DNA of 64,000 nt from Octopus sinensis (taxonomy: Eukaryota). Positions 53,544 to 64,000 of the stretch are shown here, in pieces. Each line of letters opens with the position of its first letter. Within the stretch, counting starts at the first letter, position 1. The notes beneath the pieces were generated by a model that saw only the letters and a list, made by a program, of their open reading frames with translations, did not search any database and had not been told where the DNA came from. Made by a program: the position numbers and the translations under genes. The stretch lies in the NCBI RefSeq assembly GCF_006345805.1, contig NC_043001.1:69316001-69380000 (forward strand), written 5' to 3'.

Positions 53544-53869
53544 CACTTATATAAATGTCCTATATATATATATGTATATGTATGTGCGTGTTGTATGTGT
53601 GCGCAGGTGTGTGCGCGTGCATGTCCGTACCCATGCAAGTGATTGTTCATAAATATAGATTTGTGTGTATGCCTGTGTATAAATATATGTGCTTATTATG
53701 TGTATATGTAATGTATGTATATGTGTGTATATCTATATACGTTTTTCGCTAATATTTGCAATTTCAGTTTATATAATCACCGATACATAAAAACATATAT
53801 TCATACATACGTATGTACATACATACATTTTATCAATCAATGATTAATGATTTTAAAAATATATACATA

Positions 53870-54111
53870 TCGCGTGATCACTTGACCGACCAAGCTATCA
53901 AACGCTGCCCACAATGTGTTTTTGCATTGTTTTAGCCTTCAAATGACACGACTCTGCTGGCTAGGCGAGCAGGCCCACTGATCGAAAGTAGGACTGAGCA
54001 ACATGAAACGAAGTCATTTGCCCAAGATCATAACACGCCGCCCAATCAGGGAATCGAACCCACGATCTAACGGTCGTAAGTGCAACATCCTATTCACCAG
54101 GCCACGAACCT
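53870..54111 (-). mobile_element. tRNA-derived SINE family C
   Basis: Minus-strand head AGGTTCGTGGCCTGGTGAATAGG..GTGGGTTCGATTCCC..GTGTTATGATCTTGGGCAAAT. Confidence 0.6.
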
Positions 54112-56686
54112 TCACCCTCCTCCCACACACATGGATATTTGTGTTGAAAATAAAAGTCTTTAGATGGGATAAACTGCCATCCTTACTTTGCAGGGTATTT
54201 ATAAACCCTGGCAGTATTACCATATCGAGTAGTAAGCATGCTTAGTACTTATATAAGTTGAAGTAAACCTCGACTTTTTACCAGCGTGATTATCTAATAG
54301 TTAAGGATAACTCACTTCTGTAAACAACTGTTTACACATTTCCATTCCAGATACTTGGTAGATTATGGAAGGGAGTCTAAAACTGATTAGTTTTAGACTC
54401 ACTTCCACAATCTACGTATATGATACTTCTAGGTATCAGATGTTGTTGCATGTGGTGTAGTAAGCAGTGCATGCGTAAATAATTAATTATTCCCTGACAG
54501 TAAGTGAAGATATCATATATAAAAGTTTTAAAGCGATTTAAATCTATATTTCAACAAAATCTATGAATATGAGGTTATAAGATTTATGACTGTTGGATCA
54601 AGTCGGTAGAAACAACTGCAATAATCACACCGCCTTACATGAGGCTAGCACGTGATAGCAATGAATATAATGCTTTTTTATCATGTATCCGCTTGTTAAG
54701 GGACGACTTGAAACTAAATATCAAGACCAACAGGAACGTTTACGCGTGTAAGTTTAGTGAACCATCGACATATCCGATTAGGCAAACAGCTTCTGTGCTT
54801 TTGTAAATGAATTATTTTTCAGAAAATATTTAGGTAAATTTTGAAACGTGTGCATGTGTACTTATCAAAATTTTTCCAATATTTTCAGGAAATCGTTGTT
54901 TTGAATCTATAAGTTAATGAATATTAATCAGGACAGATAGAAATACGAACTCAGCCCAAATTGGGGTGGAAACTATGAGAATATATAATGAATTAGATAT
55001 CTGGTTATATACATATAATAACAGCATTTTGTGGGGCAATGGTACAATATGGTCTCGCAGATCTTTACAAACAAGGAATAAAGAACAAAAGGAAAAACAG
55101 AAAAGAAAGAAAGAAAGAAACTGTTATGAAATAGGATCAAGTCGCTAGGTGAAGAAATGCAACAAAACTACACAAGGAAATGGAGAGCATGTCTCTTGGC
55201 ACTAAATCATATTTAAATGTATTTGAAAATAATCTTATTTTAAATTATTTAAAGATTTTGTGAAGAAGATGAAATTAGTCATAGAAAACAAAACACTAAA
55301 CTTGATCACAAGTAGAAATACTTCATGTGTAATGACGCAACGAAGACTAAATTCCTAAAAATAACTAATTTGTGAAGCAATGAATCAATGCAAAACTAGC
55401 AAAATATACCCGCAACAATTTACATCCAAACAAAATGACAATAAAAAAACAGCTTTCATTCTGTAAGCGAAAGAAAAATCCAATTAAATTCAGAGAACTC
55501 ACCCAAATAAAGATTCATTAATCCTCTCACCAAGAAAAATCAGCATAAAGATTTCGAATATTGTAAACGCTGATACAAAACAGGTTAGAAATTTGAATCT
55601 CACGCACAAAACTGCATCGGTTTCACGTGACTTAACGTCGGCGACAATAAACATATAATTTATAGAAGATCGTTAAGATTTCTTTTTCGAATGATTTACT
55701 TCTATTTCTATAAGTCATTTATTCCATTTCAGGGAACATTCTCTAACTTAATACAAGGTAAGCAGATAAGGATAAATACATACATACATACATACATACA
55801 TACATACATACATACATACATACATACATACATACATACATGCATACATACATACATACATACATACGTAAGTACATATGTATGTTTGTATGTATGTTTG
55901 TATGTATGTTTGTATGTATGCATGCATGCATGTATGTATGCATGTATTTATGTATGTATGACTATAACTTTTATATTTTTCTTATTTCAGTCATTCTACT
56001 GTGACTATGCTGCAGCAACGCCTTCAAGGGTTTTCGGGAGTAAGTATCGACCACTTTATTTATTTTTTTAAGGCCTGGTACTTCATATATCGGTCTCTTT
56101 TTCGAATGCAAAGTTACGTCAACATAGGCACACCAGCACCGGTTGTCAAACGGTAGTGGAGTACAACACAGACACAAAAACACACGCGCCCACACACACG
56201 CGCGCGCACACACAAACACACACACATATGAGTATACAACGGGCTTATTTCAGTTTCTGTCTAGCAAATCCCCTCACAACATTGTGGTCGACAATAGTAG
56301 AAGGCACTTGCCTAAATTTCCACGCAGAAGTACAGAATCCTGAATCATGTGGTTGAGAAGCTAGCTTCTTACCGCAGAGCCCATGTCTGCTGCTATGTAT
56401 GCGCTTGAAAAGCGTGGTCATCCAACTATTAAATACGTATGTATATCACATATATACTCATCGTAAATATATAAATCTTTTATTTTTTAATCTTTTACTT
56501 GCGTCAGTAACTGGACTGCAGCTATGCTGGGGCATCGTATTGAAAGGTTTCTAGTCGAACAAATTGACCCACAGTACCTATATTTCTTATAAAAAAAACA
56601 TGGTACTTATATTTGGGAAACACAGGCACGGACACATATGTAATGATATGTGTGTGCGCGTGTGTGTGTTTGTGTGTGTCTGTTTG

Positions 56687-56735
<49 letters not shown>

Positions 56736-56800
56736 GGAGAGGGAGAGGGGGGAGATGGGGAGAGAGAGACAGACAGACAGATGGATAGATAGATAGTTAG

Positions 56801-56899
<99 letters not shown>

Positions 56900-57040
56900 T
56901 GTGTGCGTGTGTGTGCATGTATCTGTTTGTCTCGGACCACTGCTTGGCTAAAAGAATTCACGGCGTCGATCCTGGCATGGCTACAGTCTAATAACTGAAG
57001 CAAGTAAAAGATAGAAAAGGTAAAAGATTCTAAATGTGAG

Positions 57041-57210
57041 CAGTTGAGTTGCTAGAAGGAAGTGGAGGGGATGGTCCCCTCCGGGCGGCACTTTTACGGG
57101 AGTGGTATCACTTTCGGATCTGTTGCAGACAAAATGTATTCTTTGAGGGGGCCCGAGGAAGGCAAATTGAAGAACCACCCCTCGCGGAAAGGACTCCAGC
57201 TACGCCAGTG
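57041..57210. mobile_element. 170-bp MITE with 8-bp TSD
   Basis: AATGTGAG at 57033-57040 and 57211-57218; degenerate TIRs CAGTTGAGTTGCT and AGCTACGCCAGTG. Confidence 0.7.
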
Positions 57211-57547
57211 AATGTGAGGCACAGTTCAAAAAGACACCAACCGCTCTGCCTGCGACAGCAAGACTGATCTGGTGACCAAGATCATGGAGGTGATCGAAGA
57301 CTTTCCCAGGATCATAGGTTCCGGAGGCATCTTGTGGCCTGGAGGAAACTGAAGGTATCTACTCTGAAAAAACTGTTATTGCCCGAGCATAATCTGTTTG
57401 ATATTTCTAAACTCTTTCAAATAATTTTATTATTGGATAGGATATTGTGCTTCATTTTCCTTTTATGTGAACTCTCAAATTTCACTCGAAAACTTTATGT
57501 ATGTATGTATGTATGTATGTATGTATGTATGTATGTATGTATGTATG

Positions 57548-57578
<31 letters not shown>

Positions 57579-58026
57579 GTATGTATGTATGTATGTAACT
57601 ATGTGTTTATGCATCTTATTAATAACAAGGAACAGCAATGCTGGTGTGGCAACAAACATTACTTTCCAGCATTGCTACTAGTTACATCACTTACAGACAA
57701 TTTAGAGCTAGTTAGTTCGCTTGTTGTAAGATCAGCAGCTGGTTGTCGCTTATTTGTTTATATATTGCGAGTAGGGATGAATGTCTCCTATCTCTAGCAG
57801 GCAAGTAACCATTCCTGATCTACTGGTCTTGTCACACTGGGCACTTACTCGCAATATATCTGATACAGGTTGTTTTTCATTCACCAGCTACAAAGTATTT
57901 TCCTGGGGTTAAAACGCAGTAACATAGTTCTGCATGGACCAGTCACACTGAAGTTGCAACAAATATTACTTTTCAGTATCGATACTACTTGCATCTCTTA
58001 TAGAGATTTTAGAACTAGCTACGTTG

Positions 58027-58089
<63 letters not shown>

Positions 58090-59946
58090 ATTTAATACAA
58101 CTAAATTATGCACAGGCGATTACATGTGCCTTTATACACACACACATATGTCTACAAACGTATAAACCCTTATCCGGAGCCTGTATTGTAATTCGCTTAT
58201 ATCTTGCCAGGGATGATGCACATTTTCTCCAATACGTTGATCAAAATAAAGTGACATGCACGATCGCTTTTACTGATTAAGAATGAAGATAATTCGAGTA
58301 AGCAGAATATCGAAACTGACCAGATCAGAACATACTCTGTACCTTTGCTATTCTTTTACAATATCCTCTACATTTATTTAATATCGATGTAATTTGACAA
58401 ATACAAATCTCCCGTCTTTAATTCTTGAGTTAATAGATTATATACCAATAATGTTATATAGATCGTTATATTGATACCTCATCTAAAAATGATGACAATG
58501 TCGGACTTTGATTTTAAATAGGTACCAAAGTACATCTAATTGGTTTATAACTTGAATAACAACATGAAGCCTAATTAATTAGGAAATATTTTTTACAGGA
58601 TAACATTTAGTAAAGCTCACCCGCTGTTTGCTAGTCATTATTAGACTAGAGACTGTATAGAAAATAATATTAGAGTATTTATATATATGTATCTCCCTCC
58701 TCGTTCTCCCTTTCTTTCCCATCCCCCTCTCTCTCCCTCTCTTCCCCATCTCTCTCTCTCTCTCTCTCCCTATATATATATACTCTTTTACTCTTTTACT
58801 TGTTTCAGTCATTTGACTGCGGCCATGCTGGAGCACCGCCTTTAATCGAGCAACTTGACCCCGGGACTTATTCTTTTTTGTAAGCCCAGTACTTATTATA
58901 TCGGTCTCTTTTGCCGAACCGCTGAGTAACGGAGACATATATATATATACACCTAAACCGGAGACTATATTATTCACACCGTATTGACCTCAGGTAAGTC
59001 TACGCGATCGTATGATTAGTAATTACGTGGCCTCATAAAGCTGAGTTACATCTGTAAATAATCTTCTTTCAAAGATAAATAATGTTTACGTTTGTATGAT
59101 ATATTATTACCTTATAGATTTTGATATAAATAGAGAGGTAAATGATATAGAACAATGAATGTAATTGTCGTCTCCTTGTTGTATATGTAGAATATATCAG
59201 GCTACCTGGCAACGCATACGTTCGATAAAATTAAATCTCCCAGAAGCTGAAGTTGCATTTCTCTCAAATACTACCTCACCGCCTCAGAAAAGTTAAGGAT
59301 ATTTTAGAAAACATTGTAGCTGATTTGTTGAAATAAACAGCTGATAACGGCTAGAATAATTTTCATCGTAGAAATAACAGATCAAGCTTAAATTTTGGCG
59401 ATACGCTGATGACACGACTACCACAACTAACAATATCGTTATCATCTCATTTACAACATAACTACAACGTTATAATATTAAATGGATAGCACAAAGAACC
59501 CCCCAAATCAGTAACCTAACTCTCATCCTTATATTTTCAGAACTGAGAGATTACTCTTAGTTATTAAGTAACTGGAGCTTCATCTTAAGGGCGCTAAACC
59601 GGAAATTTGATTACACAAAAGCCAGTCTCTCTCTCTCATTCTTTATCTTTCTCTTTCTCGATCTTACAATTTAAAGGAGAGGTTGGACCGATAGCGATGC
59701 GGTTGGGAAAAATATTGAGGGTAACATTAGTCAGCCACTGAGGTGGCATTCTAAACTTACTTTCAAGATTTCTACCTCATCCGTATTCTTTAAAGCATGA
59801 AAAACCACAAGAGAGTGGCGCACTTTAACATAAGGTGGTGGTGTGTTTATCTGATAATTACTAGTGGAATATTTTCATAAGGCGTCAGGCTTATAAATGG
59901 AAATAAATATTACCAGTTGAATGGTAATTTATCTTACACCAAGAAT

Positions 59947-59989
<43 letters not shown>

Positions 59990-60223
59990 CGATAATAGAA
60001 ATATTAAAATAACTAAGTCTCTCTAAAAGAGAACAGCGGCAGCGTTCCCGGAAAATAATAGTTATCGCCATACTAATATGGCATTCTTATAAAAATAAGA
60101 AAAAAGCTGTCCGCTTATTAGCTCCATGAGGCCATCGCCTTAAGTTAGCTATTTGATACACAAACTGTATCCATATAACCTTCGAACAAGGGAGGTCAGT
60201 CGCTCCACACTACTTGACCGGCA

Positions 60224-60265
60224 GCTACAGACGCGTTTCGGAGTATTGCCCCTTTTCAATGCAGC
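60224..60265 (-). ncRNA. Minimal type I hammerhead, U3-A8 core variant
   Basis: Reverse complement of 60697-60738. Confidence 0.7.
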
Positions 60266-60696
60266 GTAGCCAGCCAGTAGGTGTCGCTTCCGACAATCTC
60301 TGTTCGATGGTTTTATTTACCTAGTTTCGGTGGAATACATCCACTTGTTTTCAATAATAGAAATATTAAAATAACTAAGTCTCTCTAAAAGAGAACAGCG
60401 GTAGCGTTCCCGGAAAATAATAGTTATCGCCATACTAATATGGCATTCTTATAAAAATAAGAAAAAAGCTGTCCGCTTATTAGCTCCATGAGGCCATCGC
60501 CTTAAGTTAGCTATTTGATACACAAACTGTATCCATATAACCTTCGAACAAGGGAGGTCAGTCGCTCCACACTACTTGACCGGCAGCTACAGACGCGTTT
60601 CGGAGTATTGAAAACAAGTGGATGTATTCCACCGAAACTAGGTAAATAAAACCATCGAACAGAGATTGTCGGAAGCGACACCTACTGGCTGGCTAC

Positions 60697-60738
60697 GCTG
60701 CATTGAAAAGGGGCAATACTCCGAAACGCGTCTGTAGC
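60697..60738 (+). ncRNA. Minimal type I hammerhead, U3-A8 core variant
   Basis: GCTGCA-TTGAAAA-GGGG-CAATA-CTCC-GAAAC-GC-GTC-TGTAGC: 6-bp stem I, 4-bp stem II, GUC cleavage triplet. Confidence 0.7.
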
Positions 60739-61039
60739 TGCCGGTCAAGTAGTGTGGAGCGACTGACCTCCCTTGTTCTAAGTATATTTACCTGATGTAT
60801 CTTATCTCCAATCGACACCATTGCCCGAACCTGCAAGTTCGAGTCGAGTACTCCCTTGCACGCTCCGTTGACTCGAACCTTGCTTCTATTGTGGCGAATT
60901 TACCGCCTCTGTTTAGATATCTTTCATAGTCGCACCAAGACACTTTTCGATGGTGCTTTCCTCCAGGTATTCAAATCTTTTTTCTCTACATTGTATACTT
61001 TATAGACAATAGTCTTTTCTTTAATTAACTTTTTTATTA

Positions 61040-61652
61040 TCCATCTGGACTATTCCATTTCTGCACGCTAATTTTATTTTTAATTTATTCCCATTCATGT
61101 GAAACCACTTATTCAAGTCCAAGTCATTGATGCAATTTTATACCAATTGCTATTTTTACTTTTGTTATGTTAAGATTATATGATACTTTAGTTTGATTTT
61201 AATTATTACTTACAACATATAATTCAATTGTTATTATTATTTTAATTGTTAAAGTGAAAGCATCTGACATAAAATAGAGAAATGTTTTTGTTTCACTTTT
61301 AACACGTAATACTGAAATAGTGGAGAAGATATGATATTGCTATGGGCTCGCTCTAGGCAAGAAGTTGAACATTTGTTTGCCCATGAAACTACATGGACCC
61401 TAAGTAAGGCATGTGTAAAATTTGAATGAAATTGGTTGTGTAGTTCTCAAGTTTTAGGGAATCGCAGTGGAGAAGATATGATATTGCTGTGGGCTCGCCC
61501 TAGGCAAAAAGTAAAATTTTTTTGCCGATGAAACTCCCCGGACCCTAAGTAAGGCATGTGTAAAATTTGAATGAAATTGGTTGTGTAATTCTCAAGTTTT
61601 AGGAAAACAGACAGACAGACACACATTCTCAGTTTTATATATAGAGAGATAT
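61040..61652 (-). mobile_element. Possible non-autonomous Helitron-like element with an internal ~147-bp tandem duplication (approximate limits)
   Basis: Minus-strand start ATCTCTCTATATATAAAACTGAG..(GTCT)n; duplicated unit AGTGGAGAAGATATGATATTGC at ~61319 and ~61466. Confidence 0.4.
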
Positions 61653-61934
61653 ATATGTATATATGTTCAGCAAAATTTAGATTCAAATGAATATGGTACT
61701 TAAGTCCGAGGCACCAGAATTTTGTATGGTATTATCCATATAAATCCATGGGGTGATAATAATCAAAATAAGCATATATATATAACATTATTTTAAGGAA
61801 ATAAATTTCACTGAAATACTAGGTATTGAACCCGTATTTCCTTGAATGAAACCGTCCTTTCATAAGGTTAACACAACGTCTAATATATGTGTATGTATGT
61901 ATTATATATGTATATATATATATGTATAAAACAC

Positions 61935-62480
61935 TTAACTGTTTCTCGTTCGCGGGTGATTTTTACCAGCAAATCTCAGGAGTGTCTATGGGAACAAGAA
62001 TTGGCCCCAACTATGCGAGCCTGTTCGTTGGCTACGTTGTGGCCCAAATATTCTCAAGTTTTACTGGTCCAGCTACTGAAGTATACGGTCGTTATATTGA
62101 CGACTGTATCGATGCAACCACACTCTCCCGCAAGCATATAGACTCCTTCCTCTCTGTTGTGAAATCCTTCCATCCACTTCTCCTGCACTACTTCCGACAC
62201 TTCAGTCGCCTTTCTCGACATTTCGGTCAGCATTCCTCACTCCACTCTCACCACCTCCATCCGCTACAAACACACAGAGTCATACTCATATTCCAACTTC
62301 TCCTCTTCCACCCTAAGCACACCAAGCTATTCATTCCCTATTCCAATTTCCTACGTATACGCAGGCTCTGCAGTGACGACCATGATTTTAAGACTCAGTC
62401 TCAACTTATGGCTCGCTACTTCATCTTTCGTGGATATCCCTCCACCACTACCCACATCGCCGGACTTTCGTCTTTGCCGT
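61935..62480 (+). pseudogene. Neptune-like Penelope RT pseudogene; the decayed element continues to ~63260
   Basis: CFSFAGDFYQQISGVSMGTRIGPNYASLFVG..GRYIDD; frameshifted AFLDISV; IPYSNFLRIRRLCS..RGYP. Degenerate HHR-like CTGAAGA..GAAGC at ~63136. Confidence 0.85.
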
Positions 62481-63268
62481 GAGCAGGTATTAATCTTCTC
62501 ACTTCGCTCCTGTGCGCCACATGGGTTCAACTCTCCTCACTTCTTCATCTAACACTTCCCCTCTCTCCTCTCTTCCTCTCACACCTACTTCTAGCCACCC
62601 ACCTCTCCTCTCGTGCTCTGGTACCTACTCCCTCTCTCCCCTCCTACCCACCGTATCACTTCCACCCTCCCCTTTCATCATCACCCATCTCTCGTTACCC
62701 CACCCCTACACATTCCAACCCCGCCATCCTTATACATCATATCCTTTATTACCCGCCCTTGCTTCCCGCACGCTTGCCCACCCCCACGACCACAACACTA
62801 CCACACCACACCACATACCACCATACCTCACCACACCGTACACACAAGCACTGACCACTTCTCATCTCCCACCTCAGCGCACGGACTAGCACTGCCCACT
62901 TCCTAGCACCTACACCATCATCCACACACATACACATGCACACACTCACACGTCAAAGTCACCATCCCCCTTCCACATGCACACACACGCCCCTCACATA
63001 CACATGCACGCGCAACTTCGTTTTGGGATCACCACTACTTTATTATCTCACCGTCTTCCTCGTTCTCCTGTGTGTACCCTAGCCACTAGAATTTTTTCTC
63101 TTTTCTTTCCCTGTTTATTTCTCTGTTTCTTTCTGCTGAAGAGCGTAGGCTCGAAGCGTGAAATATTTTCTCACTTCCCGAGCGTTAATCTAATACATCT
63201 GTTTGTTATTTACATACCCCTGTTTGTCTTTTGTTTTTTTCTTGTAAGTTCTCACTATATATATATAT

Positions 63269-63330
<62 letters not shown>

Positions 63331-63519
63331 GTTTGTGTGTATGTGTGTGTGTGCGTGCGTATGTATGTATGTATATTTCTACGATTTCTTTGAATTAATT
63401 TTGTCACTGTTATGATCTTTTTTTCCTTTTGACATTTAATAGCCTTTACTTTTAGCTTACTTTAGAAGTAAATTGCGCGTAATTGTGTTAATACCTGTTA
63501 GTACCGTGTCAGTTTTAAC

Positions 63520-64000
63520 ATGGAGGGCAAAACAAGCGTTTTCGCCATATTTTAATTTTTTTTTATTTCCGTAAAGGCAAAAGAAAAAGAGATATGTGAA
63601 GTTTATGGTGTCGATTGCATAGAACACACATGTCAGAAATGGTTTAAAATATTCCGATCTGGAGGTTTTTCATTGAAAGGTGACTAACTTTCTGCTCGAC
63701 CTACTGAAGTTAATGATGACTACAACAATTGAATCTGATTGTCCTAATTGAAACTGATTGTCATATAACTGTACGTGAGATGGCAGAGAGGTTAGATGTA
63801 TCACACACAACAATTGAACATCAATTAAAATGCCTTGGACTCGTTAACAAGCTCGATATTTGGGTTCCAAATAAATTAAGAGATTCACGTAACACAACGA
63901 ATCAATATTTGCGATATGCATCTCAAACGCAATGAAATTTCAAACGAATCACCGCTGGTGATGAAAAATGGATTGTCTACAATAACATCAATCAAAAACG
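63520..64000 (+). pseudogene. Decayed mariner transposase, running off the window end
   Basis: EICEVYG, CQKWF, HITVREMAERLDVSHTTI, KLDIWVP and GDEKWIVYNN remnants with frameshifts. Confidence 0.85.

Larger units (their letters stand above)
59992..60778. mobile_element. HHR-bearing 362-bp repeat: one full unit, one partial tandem unit and a 173-bp inverted segment
   Basis: Unit 59992-60353, repeat 60354-60610; 60606-60778 is the reverse complement of 60184-60356, with 5-nt TATTG microhomology at the switch. Confidence 0.9.

Overview
Eukaryotic, AT-rich, microsatellite-dense non-coding DNA. The SINE and repeat families resemble those I recall from octopus (coleoid cephalopod) genomes; this is an inference, not a search result. 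I could not recognise any host protein-coding exon, rRNA, tRNA gene or CRISPR array. Most ORFs in the track are microsatellite or antisense artefacts. The window is largely transposon-derived. The main signal is a set of Penelope-like elements (PLEs) and hammerhead-ribozyme (HHR) repeats. (i) A young, 5'-truncated PLE at ~1800-6102 encodes RT(YRDD)-thumb, two Asn-rich inserts, a Cys cluster and a GIY-YIG endonuclease; it has a 760-bp inverted copy of its 3' region, and both copies carry an HHR with an extended stem II. (ii) A 4.86-kb array of 559-bp HHR-bearing monomers (8791-13646) inverts in the middle, has (TA)n on both sides and looks like a retrozyme. (iii) A 362-bp HHR repeat (59992-60778) has the same tandem-plus-inverted layout and a U3-A8 core variant. 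(iv) Several solo or degenerate HHRs are scattered through the window. All three composite insertions place the 3' ends of the ribozyme-sense strand at both outer borders. Also present are decayed Neptune- and Poseidon-like PLE RT fragments, R4/Dong-like and CR1-like LINE remnants, mariner and maT transposons, two MITEs with 8-bp TSDs, and three SINE families. All RNA folds were made by hand and none has been tested. Coordinates marked approximate are estimates.
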